DNA of 64,000 nt from Symbiobacterium sp. (GCA_020725405.1 DYFB01000039.1:44428-108427), one strand, 5' to 3'; positions 8,715 to 17,898 are shown, counted from the stretch's first letter. Numbers and translations: made by a program. The notes: generated from the letters alone by a model not told the origin.

Positions 8715-8880
8715 CGGGCGCGACCCTAGGGGAGTAGCCAACCTGGTTCGCCCAGGTGGTGCAGTCGGTCAATACGGGGAAACCCCCGATTGCACCTGCC
8801 CCCGGCGTTGGGGCACGGCAAGACCTGGCCCGACGGGGACAAGGTCCTGCCGTGCCGCGTTCTTTCTCGGGGCTTTGAGG
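8715..8880 (+). ncRNA. yybP-ykoY family Mn2+ riboswitch-like leader of terC
   Basis: CUAGGGGAGUAGCCAACCUGGUUCGCCCAGGUGG... carries the conserved GGGGAGUAG loop motif, followed by helices (CCUGG/CCAGG; GGGGAAACCCCC). Sits immediately 5' of a TerC-family gene, the classic yybP-ykoY target. Confidence 0.5.
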
Positions 8881-8913
8881 TCGACGCCTTCCCCTCCAGA
8901 AAGCTGGGCCGCG

Positions 8914-9891
8914 ATGAGTTTCGGTGGTCTTGCCCTGTGGGTAGCCTTCAACGCCTTCGTTCTGGCCATGCTGGCTCTTGATCTCGGGGTCTTTCATCGG
9001 AAGCCCCGCGAGGTGTCAACCAGGGAGGCCGCCGTATGGAGTCTCGTCTGGGTGGCCCTGGCGATGGTCTTCAACCTTGCTCTGGGTTTCTGGCAGGGAC
9101 GCGACCTGGCCCTGGAGTTCCTGACGGGCTACATCATAGAGAAGTCCCTCAGCGTTGACAACGTCTTCGTTTTTGTGATGATCTTCCGCTACTTCAGCGT
9201 ACCGCCCCGGTATCAACACCGTGTGCTTTATTGGGGCATCGTCGGCGCCCTGGTCATGCGCGGCGCGTTCATCGCGGCCGGCGTCACGCTGCTGGCCCGA
9301 TTTGACTGGGTCATCTACGTCTTCGGCCTGTTCCTTGTCCTGACCGGTTTGAAGATGGCTCGGTCAAAGCAGAGCGCAGGTCCCGAACCCGAGGCCAACC
9401 CCGTTATCGGGTTCTTCCGGAGGGTCTTCCCCGTCACCGACGGCTACAGGGGGCACCGCTTCTTCGTGCGGGAGGACCGACGGCTCTTCGCGACCCCTCT
9501 GTTCCTGGTGCTCGTGATGGTGGAAACCACGGACCTTGTCTTCGCCCTTGACTCCATCCCGGCCATCTTCGGGGTGACCCGAGACCCGTTCATCGTCTAC
9601 TCCTCAAATGTCTTCGCCGTCCTGGGGCTCCGCGCCCTGTACTTCCTGTTGGCCGGCGTCATGGATCTGTTCCGCTACCTGAGGACCGGGCTGGCCGTCA
9701 TCCTGGCCTTCATCGGTCTCAAAATGCTGCTCTACGACCTCTACCACCTTCCGGTCACCGTTTCCCTCGGAGTGGTCCTGGGTATTCTGGCCGTGTCGGT
9801 ATCGGCTTCCGTCCTGACCTCACCTCGCGTCAGGGTGGGCGGGTCAGCCCGGGTCGAGCGGGCGAGAACGACGAGAACGAGAAGAGAATAA
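8914..9891 (+). CDS. terC: TerC family integral membrane protein (YkoY/Alx-like, probable Mn2+ efflux)
   Basis: ORF 8875..9891; the ATG at 8914 (MSFGGLALW...) is preferred. Multi-TM protein with conserved TerC motifs (SVDNVFVFV, ALDSIPA). Confidence 0.85.
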   Translation: MSFGGLALWVAFNAFVLAMLALDLGVFHRKPREVSTREAAVWSLVWVALAMVFNLALGFWQGRDLALEFLTGYIIEKSLSVDNVFVFVMIFRYFSVPPRYQHRVLYWGIVGALVMRGAFIAAGVTLLARFDWVIYVFGLFLVLTGLKMARSKQSAGPEPEANPVIGFFRRVFPVTDGYRGHRFFVREDRRLFATPLFLVLVMVETTDLVFALDSIPAIFGVTRDPFIVYSSNVFAVLGLRALYFLLAGVMDLFRYLRTGLAVILAFIGLKMLLYDLYHLPVTVSLGVVLGILAVSVSASVLTSPRVRVGGSARVERARTTRTRRE

Positions 9892-9896
9892 CGAAG

Positions 9897-9932
9897 AAGG
9901 AGAGGATGGCTCTCACCCCGCGGTGATCCTCT
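9897..9932. terminator. Hairpin in the convergent intergenic region (ggagaggat-N18-atcctctcc), candidate bidirectional terminator
   Basis: 9-bp perfect inverted repeat seen directly just 3' of terC; glmS converges from the other side. There is no U-tract, which is common in high-GC genomes. Confidence 0.35.
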
Positions 9933-9934
9933 CC

Positions 9935-10018
9935 TTCCGGCCACCCTCTCCTTCCGGCCACCCTCTCCCTCCGGCCACCCTCTCCCTCCGGTCACCCTCT
10001 CCCTCCGGTCATCCTCTC
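9935..10018. repeat. 17-bp tandem direct repeat x ~5 ((c/t)ca(c/t)cctctcc(c/t)tccgg)
   Basis: Seen directly between the terC 3' end and the glmS 3' end. CT-rich on the plus strand, like the 6921-7070 tract. Confidence 0.85.
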
Positions 10019-10036
10019 TACTCTACCCCTAACCGC

Positions 10037-11887
10037 TCACTCGACCGTCACGCTCTTGGCCAGGTTCCTCGGCTTATCCACGTCACAGCCCCTGGTCACC
10101 GCGGCGTAGTAGGCCAGGAGCTGGAGCGGGATGGCCGCGAGGATAGGGGCCAGGAGAGGGTCGATGTCCGGAAGCCAGACAACCTCGTCGGCGTGGTCGG
10201 CAATCCCCCGGTTCGCGCCGAGGGTCACGGCGGTAACCCGGCCGCCCCTCGCCTTGACCTCGCGGATGTTGGAGATGGTCTTCTCCGTGAGGTCGGGCTG
10301 GGTGGCGATGGCGATGACCGGCACGCCCTCCTCGATCAGAGCGAGGGTCCCGTGCTTCAGCTCCCCGGCGGCCAGGGCCTCGGCGTGGATATAGGAGATC
10401 TCCTTGAGCTTCAGCTGACCCTCCATAGCCACGGCCCAGTCGAGGCCCCGCCCGATGTAGAAGACGTCATCCCACCGGGCGAGGTCCTCGGCGAGCCCCC
10501 TCAGGGCCTGGCTCCCGTCGAGAACCTCCTGGGCGAGGGACGGAAGGCGCCTGGTCTCCTCGAGCAGCCGGGCGGCCCGGCCGGCCGGAAAGGTCCCCCG
10601 GGCCACGCCGAGATGGACGGCGAGCAGGACGAAGGCGAGCAGCTGGGCCGTGTAGGCCTTCGTCGAGGCCACGGCTATCTCCGGTCCGGCCCGGGTGTAG
10701 ATGACCTCGTCGGCCTCGCGGGCCACCGAGCTCCCCACGACGTTGGTGATAGCCACGGTCCGGGAGTCGCGGCGGCCGGCCTCCCTCAGGGCGGCCAGGG
10801 TATCGGCCGTCTCCCCGGATTGGCTGACGACCACCAGCATGTCCCCGCGACCCATGAGGATGTCGCGGTAGCGGAACTCGGAGGCGATATCCACCTCCAC
10901 CGGCAGCCGGGCCAGTCTCTCGACAAGATGCTTCCCGACCAGCCCAGCGTGGTAGGCCGTCCCGCAGGCGGTAATGAAAAAGCGGCTCAAGGCGGCCACC
11001 CGCTCTGTGTCGAGGACCCCGGTATCGAACACGATCCCGGTCTCGGCCGGGCTGCGCGGCCCTCCGGCGACGAGCCTTCCGGCCAGGGTCTGGCGGAGGC
11101 AGGCCGGCTGCTCGAAGATCTCCTTCAGCATGAAGTGGGCGTAGCCGCCCTTCTCAGCGGCCTCGACGTCCCAGTCGACGACGTAAGGCTCGCGCGACAC
11201 CGGACGCCCGTCCGGCCCGGTCAGAGTCACCTTCTCCCGCTCCAGGACGACGACGTCGCCGTCCTCGAGGATGACGACCCGTCGCGTGTAGCGAAGAATG
11301 GCCGGTATGTCGGAGGCCAGGAAGTTCTCGCCCTGCCCCAACCCCACGACGAGGGGGCTGTCCTTCCTCACGGCCACCAGGCGGTCGGGTTCGTCGGTCC
11401 GCAGGACCACGAAGGCGTAGGAGCCCTGGAGCTCCAGGCTGGCCCGCCGCGCGGCCTCGGCCAGGTCCCCGGCGTAGTACTCCTCGATCAGGTGCGGGAT
11501 GACCTCGGTGTCCGTTTCCGAGCGGAAGCGGTGACCCCGGTCCTTGAGCCTCTGGCGGAGGACAAGGTAGTTCTCGATGATCCCGTTGTGGACGACGGCC
11601 ACCTTGCCGTGGCAGTCCGTATGGGGGTGGGCGTTGGCGTCCGACGGCCGGCCGTGCGTCGCCCAGCGTGTGTGCCCGATGCCCACGGTGGTCTCCGGGG
11701 CGCCCTCACGGGCCAGTTTCTCGATAAGGGTGGCGATGCGTCCCTCGGTCTTGGTGACCCCGACCCGGCCGTTCCCGGTCACGGCCACCCCGGCCGAGTC
11801 GTAGCCCCGGTATTCAAGTCTCTTCAGGCCGTCAAGGACGACCGGCAGGGCCGGCCGGCGTCCGATGTAGCCGACAATGCCGCACAT
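10037..11887 (-). CDS. glmS: Glutamine--fructose-6-phosphate aminotransferase
   Basis: Start set at MCGIVGY (ATG 11887), the conserved N-terminal Cys nucleophile. Two SIS domains; ends ...AKSVTVE. Confidence 0.95.
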   Translation of the reverse strand: MCGIVGYIGRRPALPVVLDGLKRLEYRGYDSAGVAVTGNGRVGVTKTEGRIATLIEKLAREGAPETTVGIGHTRWATHGRPSDANAHPHTDCHGKVAVVHNGIIENYLVLRQRLKDRGHRFRSETDTEVIPHLIEEYYAGDLAEAARRASLELQGSYAFVVLRTDEPDRLVAVRKDSPLVVGLGQGENFLASDIPAILRYTRRVVILEDGDVVVLEREKVTLTGPDGRPVSREPYVVDWDVEAAEKGGYAHFMLKEIFEQPACLRQTLAGRLVAGGPRSPAETGIVFDTGVLDTERVAALSRFFITACGTAYHAGLVGKHLVERLARLPVEVDIASEFRYRDILMGRGDMLVVVSQSGETADTLAALREAGRRDSRTVAITNVVGSSVAREADEVIYTRAGPEIAVASTKAYTAQLLAFVLLAVHLGVARGTFPAGRAARLLEETRRLPSLAQEVLDGSQALRGLAEDLARWDDVFYIGRGLDWAVAMEGQLKLKEISYIHAEALAAGELKHGTLALIEEGVPVIAIATQPDLTEKTISNIREVKARGGRVTAVTLGANRGIADHADEVVWLPDIDPLLAPILAAIPLQLLAYYAAVTRGCDVDKPRNLAKSVTVE

Positions 11888-11984
11888 TCGTCGTATCCCC
11901 CGTTTCATGTCCCGCGGCCCTCGACGGGGCGGTCGCCCCGCGGCGCCGCGAGAGCCATGTCCGATGAAGGCCAAGCAAAAACCG

Positions 11985-12175
11985 CGTCCTCCGGAAGAAC
12001 GCGGTCGGGGTCCGACCACACCAGCCCCTGTTGTCCCGCCCGTCACCGGACGGTTTTGTGGGACCTTTCCGGCCTGTGGTCAAGGCCGCCGGGCACCCGC
12101 CGAAACTTCGAATAACCCGGTCCTCGTCAACTCCCGCCGCCTCACGACCTCGCGGGAGTTCCGGCGCTAGGTCTT
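11985..12175 (-). ncRNA. glmS ribozyme (GlcN6P-responsive self-cleaving riboswitch) in the glmS 5' leader
   Basis: Minus-strand transcript reads ...GACCU A|GCGCC GGAACUCCC...GGGAGUUGACGAGGACCGGGUUAUUCGAAGUUUCGGCGGGUGCC... It has the canonical cleavage-site AGCGCC (A at 12168), the core GACGAGGA and a UUAUUCGAA segment. Location between glmM and glmS matches the Firmicutes arrangement. Confidence 0.8.
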
Positions 12176-12289
12176 TCCTGAGACCTTTCTCGTGAGCCAA
12201 TACCTTCCCGGCCGTCTTCCAGGGACCTCCCGGACACCCCGTCCGGGCCCTTCGAGTCTGTCCGCCCGTCCTGCGGCTGGGTCACCGCG

Positions 12290-13798
12290 CTACTTCCGGG
12301 CTATCTCACCCCCCAGTTCGGCCGCCACGACGCCGGCGAGCTCGATGGCCATCGCCTCGATGCGTGCGGCGTCCCGGCCTTCGACCATTATCCTTACCAG
12401 CGGCTCCGTCCCCGAGGGCCGGACCAGGACGCGGCCGGTGTGACCCAGGGACTCGCGGGCCCGCTCGATAGCGGTGGCTACCTTCTCGCTGGTCTGAAGC
12501 TTATCCTTCTCTTTGACGATGACGTTTACAAGAACCTGCGGGAGCCGGACGACCACCGAGGCGAGGTCGGAGAGGCGCCGCCCGGTCCGCGACATGACCG
12601 CCAGGACGGCCAGCCCCGCGGCGAGGCCGTCCCCGGTCGTGTTGTGCCGGAGGTGGATGACGTGACCCGATTGCTCACCCCCGAGGACCAGCCCGGAGTC
12701 GAGCATTTTCTGAAGGACGTTCCGGTCCCCGACGGGGGTCCGGACGACGCGGCCCCCGGCTTCCCGCAAGGAGAGGTCGAGACCGTAGTTGCTCATGACC
12801 GTGGCCACGACGGTCTTCTTCGGCAGCTCCCGGCGGCTTATCATATCCAGGGCCAGGATAGCCATTATCTGGTCGCCGTCGACGATCCGCCCCTCCTCGT
12901 CGCAGAGGATGACGCGGTCGGCGTCGCCGTCGAAGGCCAGACCGGCGGCCGCCCCCTCCTCGACCACTTTCCTGGCCAGCGTCTCGGGATTCGTCGACCC
13001 GCAGTCCACGTTTATGCGGGTGCCGTCACAAACGTCATTGATGGCCGTGACGCGGGCGCCGGCCCGCCTCAACACCTCGGTGGCCAGGACGGCGGCCGCC
13101 CCGAAGGCCGGGTCGACCACGACGGGGAGGCCCATTAGACCGCCGCCCTGAGCCGCCGGCAAACCGGGAGTCCCCGGCGGGGTCGCGGTCGCACCCCCGC
13201 GCTCCGCCCCCTGACCGGCCGGTGGTCTCGCCGCCAGAGCCACGAGGTGGTTCACGTAGGCCTCGAGGTGCGCCCGCCCGTCGGTCCGGAGCCCCACCGC
13301 CGCACCGGTCGGGCGGGGGAGACGGTCGTGCCGCGCCCGGACCAGCGTCTCGATGGCCGCTTCGGCCTCAGCCGACAACTTGTAGCCCGAATGGTCGAAG
13401 AACTTTATGCCGTTGTCTTCCACCGGGTTGTGTGAGGCCGAGACGACCACCCCGCCCGCGGCCCCAAGACCTTGCGTCAGGAAGGCCACGCCGGGCGTCG
13501 GGATGATTCCGGCGTCGACCACGTCGACCCCAACCGAGCAGCATCCCGCGGTCACCGCCGCGGTGAGGAGATCGCCGGAGAGGCGGGTGTCCCGGCCCAG
13601 CACGACAAAGGGGCGCTCGATCGGTGTCCGGCGCGCGGCCGAAGCGGTCGAGAGATGGTGGGCCCCGGCCCGGCCGATGCGCAGGGCCTGTTCCGGGGTC
13701 AGCTCGGCGTTGGCGACACCCCGCACGCCATCGGTGCCGAATAGGCCAGGCAGCGGTATCCCTCCAGCGGGGCCCGCGCGGCCTTCGATCTTCCGCAC
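12290..13798 (-). CDS. glmM: Phosphoglucosamine mutase
   Basis: FGTDGVRG, SASHNPVEDNGIKF (phosphoserine loop) and GGEQSGH motifs. 502 aa because of an N-terminal extension and a Gly/Ala/Pro-rich low-complexity insertion. Confidence 0.9.
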   Translation of the reverse strand: MRKIEGRAGPAGGIPLPGLFGTDGVRGVANAELTPEQALRIGRAGAHHLSTASAARRTPIERPFVVLGRDTRLSGDLLTAAVTAGCCSVGVDVVDAGIIPTPGVAFLTQGLGAAGGVVVSASHNPVEDNGIKFFDHSGYKLSAEAEAAIETLVRARHDRLPRPTGAAVGLRTDGRAHLEAYVNHLVALAARPPAGQGAERGGATATPPGTPGLPAAQGGGLMGLPVVVDPAFGAAAVLATEVLRRAGARVTAINDVCDGTRINVDCGSTNPETLARKVVEEGAAAGLAFDGDADRVILCDEEGRIVDGDQIMAILALDMISRRELPKKTVVATVMSNYGLDLSLREAGGRVVRTPVGDRNVLQKMLDSGLVLGGEQSGHVIHLRHNTTGDGLAAGLAVLAVMSRTGRRLSDLASVVVRLPQVLVNVIVKEKDKLQTSEKVATAIERARESLGHTGRVLVRPSGTEPLVRIMVEGRDAARIEAMAIELAGVVAAELGGEIARK

Positions 13799-13883
13799 CG
13801 GTCCCGGTCATAGTCTTTCTCCCCGGAACGGCCCGCCGCCCCGCCCGGCTCAGGAGGCCGGGTCCGGGGCTCGATTCGGCCGG

Positions 13884-15086
13884 CTAGGGGCCCAGGGTCA
13901 GGGTCACCTCGGCCGGATCGGACGCGACGAGCTCGAGGCGACCTTCGGTCCATCCAGCGAACTCCACGCTGACGGGAACGGAGGCTGTTCCGCTCCCACG
14001 GCCGCCAGCGTCCACCCAGGCGACAACGTCCGCCTGGCCGAGGCGGTCGAGAAGGGCCCTCGGCCCGCGGACAACGAGAACCACCGCGGCCGGCTTGACC
14101 GCAGCCGTCAGTCCGGGCGGGACGTTCCTGACCACCACCGGGACGGACCCCAGGGTGACCGACCCGCCGATGACCACCGTGACCTCGACCTCGACCGGGA
14201 GGACCGAGGCGACCCCGGGCGGGGTGACAAGCCTCACCGTCTGCCGGACGTCAGCCGTGGCCCCCGAGATATCAACGGGGGCTGTCGCGACGCGGTCAAA
14301 GTCGATGGTCCTCCCCGGCTCGGGACGGACGCTGGCCCGGTCGGGGCTGATAAGCACCCGGAGAACGGCGTAGCCCGGAGCCGGACTCCCCGCCAGGACG
14401 GGCTCGATGTCGACGCTCTCGGCCGCCGGCAGGGCAATGACCGGAACGGTCACCGTAGCCCTGGCCGGGTGCAGGGTGACGCCGGAGACGACCGAGCCTC
14501 GCCCGTCGAGCGGCACCAGGTCCACGAGAGCCAAGACGTCGGCCGTGGCCGAGGTGAGGTCAGGCCGGGCCAGGACCTCGACGACCCGGGAAACCTCGCT
14601 TTCAGGTCCCCGCACGGCCACCGCCGGCGGCGAAACGGACGGGGGACCCGGCATGAAGCCCTCGGAGCACGAGCCGGCGGGGCGGACCACAACGCCGACC
14701 TCGGCCTCGGCCATCTTCTCCAGAGAGACTGAGACCGTGGCCGGGCTTATCTCCACCAGCTCGACGCCGGCGGGCACGGAAACCTCGACGGGGTAGGCGT
14801 AGGTCCCAATGTGGCCGCCCTCAAGAGAGACCCTGGCCTGGAACTCCGCGCTGGTGAGCCGTTCAGCCAACCGGCGGCCGCACCTCACGGTGATGTTGAC
14901 CTTCGCCGGCCGCAGGGTCCCAGCGACGACCATCCCCTCCGGCACACCGGCGGCGGTGACCGGGACACCGTCGAAGATGAACTGACCTTCCGGGTTCTGC
15001 TCGGTCGTAGCCTGGATCCAGAGGACGATGGCCAGGAGGACGGAGAGGATCTGGAGGAAGACGTCCCTATTCAGCAGGCGGTCCAA
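13884..15086 (-). CDS. cdaR: YbbR-domain protein CdaR (regulator of diadenylate cyclase CdaA)
   Basis: N-terminal TM segment (VFLQILSVLLAIVLWI) followed by repeated YbbR-like beta domains. The ORF's ATG at 15314 would lie inside cdaA. A TTG at 15086 (GGAGG 7 nt upstream) is used, giving a 20-nt overlap with the cdaA 3' end. Confidence 0.75.
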   Translation of the reverse strand: MDRLLNRDVFLQILSVLLAIVLWIQATTEQNPEGQFIFDGVPVTAAGVPEGMVVAGTLRPAKVNITVRCGRRLAERLTSAEFQARVSLEGGHIGTYAYPVEVSVPAGVELVEISPATVSVSLEKMAEAEVGVVVRPAGSCSEGFMPGPPSVSPPAVAVRGPESEVSRVVEVLARPDLTSATADVLALVDLVPLDGRGSVVSGVTLHPARATVTVPVIALPAAESVDIEPVLAGSPAPGYAVLRVLISPDRASVRPEPGRTIDFDRVATAPVDISGATADVRQTVRLVTPPGVASVLPVEVEVTVVIGGSVTLGSVPVVVRNVPPGLTAAVKPAAVVLVVRGPRALLDRLGQADVVAWVDAGGRGSGTASVPVSVEFAGWTEGRLELVASDPAEVTLTLGP

Positions 15087-15954
15087 TCCCGGCACCTCCT
15101 CCCCCGTTCCGCTTGCGGCCGCTCCGACCGGCCGCCGGCCCGAAGAGGTTGAGCCCGAGGGGCCGAGCCGGCCCCGACAGCGGGAGGGCGGACCGGCGGA
15201 TGCGGGTCTTGAGCATTTCCTTGAGGGTAGCGTCGTCCAGGCGCCGCATGAGCTTCCCGCCGCTGGCCAGGGAGATGGAGCCGGTCTCCTCCGAGACCAC
15301 GACCACCAGGGCATCGGAGTGCTCGGTCATACCGACGGCCGCTCGGTGCCGCGTCCCCAACTCGCGGCCGAGATCGGGGTTCTCCGAGAGCGGCAGGAAG
15401 CAGCCGGCCGCGACGACCCGGTTGCCGCGGAGGATGACGGCCCCGTCGTGCAGGGGAGCGTTCGGGACAAAGAGGTTTATGAGGAAAGAGGAGGACACGA
15501 GGCCGTCGATCTGGGTCCCGGTCTCAGCGATGTCCTTGAGCCCCGTCTCCCGCTCAATGACGATGATGGCCCCGATCTTGTTCCTGGCCAGGACATCGCA
15601 GGCCAGGGCGATCTCGTCCACGACCTTGTCAAGCTCGGGCTCCGGCAGAGAGCTCGCCGGGGCGAAGAGACGCCCCCGGCCGAGCTGCTCAAGGGCCCGC
15701 CTGAGCTCGGGCTGGAAGACGACCGGGACGGCGACGATGAGCGCCATCTGGGCGTAGTTGAGAATAAAGACGACGGTGGTGAGCTTGAGCCAGCGAGCGA
15801 CGATCCCGGCGACGAAGAGGATGACGATGCCCTTCACAAGCTGAACGGCCCTCGTTCCGCGCATCAGGAGGAAGACGCGGTAGAGAACGTAGGCGACGAT
15901 GGCGATGTCGAGAGTGTCCCAGACGACCCGGAAGTCGTGGAAGACCGAGAGCAC
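15067..15954 (-). CDS. cdaA: Diadenylate cyclase (c-di-AMP synthase) CdaA
   Basis: Three N-terminal TM helices plus a DisA_N (DAC) domain with the DGA...RHRAA(V)G motif. Confidence 0.9.
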   Translation of the reverse strand: MLSVFHDFRVVWDTLDIAIVAYVLYRVFLLMRGTRAVQLVKGIVILFVAGIVARWLKLTTVVFILNYAQMALIVAVPVVFQPELRRALEQLGRGRLFAPASSLPEPELDKVVDEIALACDVLARNKIGAIIVIERETGLKDIAETGTQIDGLVSSSFLINLFVPNAPLHDGAVILRGNRVVAAGCFLPLSENPDLGRELGTRHRAAVGMTEHSDALVVVVSEETGSISLASGGKLMRRLDDATLKEMLKTRIRRSALPLSGPARPLGLNLFGPAAGRSGRKRNGGGGAGIGPPAE

Positions 15955-16047
15955 CGGAATCCACCTTGGGCGGAGTATTTGGGTCTCACAAGTGGCAGGA
16001 ACCTATCTTCGACCTTTCTACGGCAGACATCCAAACCCTGCCCGGAC

Positions 16048-16869
16048 CTAGCTCCGCCCGATGATATAGCGGTAGGGGTCCACCTCCTCGCGAAGGACGC
16101 GGAGCTCCTCGGAGGTCGGAGGGCTCGTCTCCGGGGGGTCGGCCGGCCAGATGAGCTCGAAGCCGGTGTTCTCAACGACCCGGGTCTTCGGGACTCCGCG
16201 GTGGAGGCTTTCCACCCGCATCCGTTTGGTCTCCTCGTCGAAACCGAGAACGCACAGGTCGGTGATGACCTTGTAGGGTCCGGCTCCGGGCGGGAGCCCG
16301 GCGGCCTCGCGGGCCCCTCTGCCCGCGATGTAGCCGGGCGAGGTCATGAAGTCGAGCTTGGGGATGAACCTTCTCGCGTCCTGGACGGTGATCATCATGG
16401 TCCGCCAGGCGAGAGAGGCAAGGTCGTTGGCTCCACCGCTCCCCGGAAACCTCACCTTAGGGCGCTGGATGTCCGTGCCGATCATCGTCGAGTTTATGTT
16501 CCCGTACATGTCTATCTGCGCGCCGCCGAGGAAAGTGTAGTCTATCCACCCCCGCTGGCAGTGCTCCATTATCTCGGCCATACTCGAGGCGACAAGGCCG
16601 CGGTGGAAGGTCCGCGAGTCGCCGACCGATATCGGCATGGTCGGCAGAAACGGACCCATACCCCCGGCCTCGAACATGATCATCAGGTCCGGGGAGGCCG
16701 TCTTCTGGGCGAGCATGGCCGCGGCGCAGGGCGCCCCCGTGCCGACGATTACCGTCGCACCGTTCTCGAGGTAGCGGGCGGCGACGCAGATCATGAGCTC
16801 CATACGGTTGTAGGCCTCGGCCGGGCCCCGTCCCGGGCCGCCGGCCGCCTCAGCGACCGCCGTCGTCAC
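16048..16869 (-). CDS. CoA-transferase subunit B (3-oxoacid/glutaconate CoA-transferase family I)
   Basis: 273 aa, family-I CoA-transferase beta-subunit fold. ATGA overlap with subunit A. Confidence 0.85.
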   Translation of the reverse strand: MTTAVAEAAGGPGRGPAEAYNRMELMICVAARYLENGATVIVGTGAPCAAAMLAQKTASPDLMIMFEAGGMGPFLPTMPISVGDSRTFHRGLVASSMAEIMEHCQRGWIDYTFLGGAQIDMYGNINSTMIGTDIQRPKVRFPGSGGANDLASLAWRTMMITVQDARRFIPKLDFMTSPGYIAGRGAREAAGLPPGAGPYKVITDLCVLGFDEETKRMRVESLHRGVPKTRVVENTGFELIWPADPPETSPPTSEELRVLREEVDPYRYIIGRS

Positions 16870-17898
16870 CGTGAGGTCCTCCCTTCCGCCTCAAGGCAGA
16901 GCTCCTCCGCGCGGAGCTCCCTCAGTCTCTCGATGCCACCACAGAGGTCGAGATACTCCGAGAAGCAGGACACCCCGTAGATGTAACGGTCCAGGAAGGC
17001 CTTGAGGACCTCCTCGTTCTCTTCGGCGTCAAGCCACTCCCGCAGGTGCCGCTCGTCCGAGTAGTACTCGTAGGGCATGTTCCCCGGGTAGCTCCCGTAG
17101 GGGACCTCGCACACCGCGTCGACCAGGAAGTACGGGATGGCCGTCCTGTCCGGGCGACGCCGGATGTCCTCGTGGGGGACCAGGCGCTCGGTGGTGATGA
17201 TGAGCCGCTTGGCCGCCCGGGCGAGGTCCCAGTCGGCGATGGTGATACCGTCTATCTGCGAGTTCCCGTAGACGTCGGCCCGGTGGACGTGGATGACGGC
17301 CACGTCGGGGAAGAGGGCCGGAACGGCCAGGAACGTCTTCCCGGTGAACGGGCACTCGACCCGAACGCCCGCGCTCCTGGCCTCGGTGTCGGTGCCCATC
17401 ACGCTCCGGATGGGCAGGAACGGGACGCCCATGGCCGCGGCCTTGTAGCGCCAGGCCAGGGCGGCGTTGGACCACTCGGTGACCCGCACCTCGCCGCTCT
17501 CGAAGAGGCGGCGGGCCGCCCGCGAGAGCCCGCGGGCCTCGAGCCCGACCACGTAGGCCACATCGCAGCGGTCGAAGCACTTCCCCGCGGCCAGGATCTG
17601 GCAGTCGTGGGTGGCCGTGTGCCCGGACAGCCCCAGGTTCCTCCGCCCCTGCCGGACAATCTCGTGCAGGACGGCCGTAGGGATGCGGCTTCCCCCGAAG
17701 CCCCCGACGGCGAGGTAGTCGCCGTCGGAGATGAGGTCGGCGACGGCCTGCCGCACCGTGGTCACTTTCGGCACCATCGACCTCGACTTCGCCCGGAAGT
17801 GCTCCCGGGCCCGGTCGACGTCGGGATCGGTGAAGAGCTCACCCTCCCCCGTGCGCCGGTAGGTCACCTGTCTCTCGACATAGGGCGCCTCGTAGCCC
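16866..17898 (-). CDS. CoA-transferase subunit A (glutaconate CoA-transferase GctA-like)
   Basis: Start at ATG 17898 (MGYEAPYV...) with GGAGGAGAGAAGG upstream. GGFGG motif of family-I CoA-transferase alpha subunits. Confidence 0.85.

Noticed and set aside
5713-10018. Tandem repeat arrays (39-bp x3, 28-bp x5, 17-bp x5) considered as CRISPR arrays
   Set aside because: Units are directly abutting with no unique spacers. Unit lengths and CT-rich composition are unlike CRISPR repeats, and no cas genes are in the window.
9923-16980. Long ORFs 9923..12115(+), 13407..14732(+), 15028..16980(+)
   Set aside because: Antisense to glmS, glmM, cdaR, cdaA and the CoA-transferase genes. No domain signatures. 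Gly/Arg/Pro/Asp-rich.
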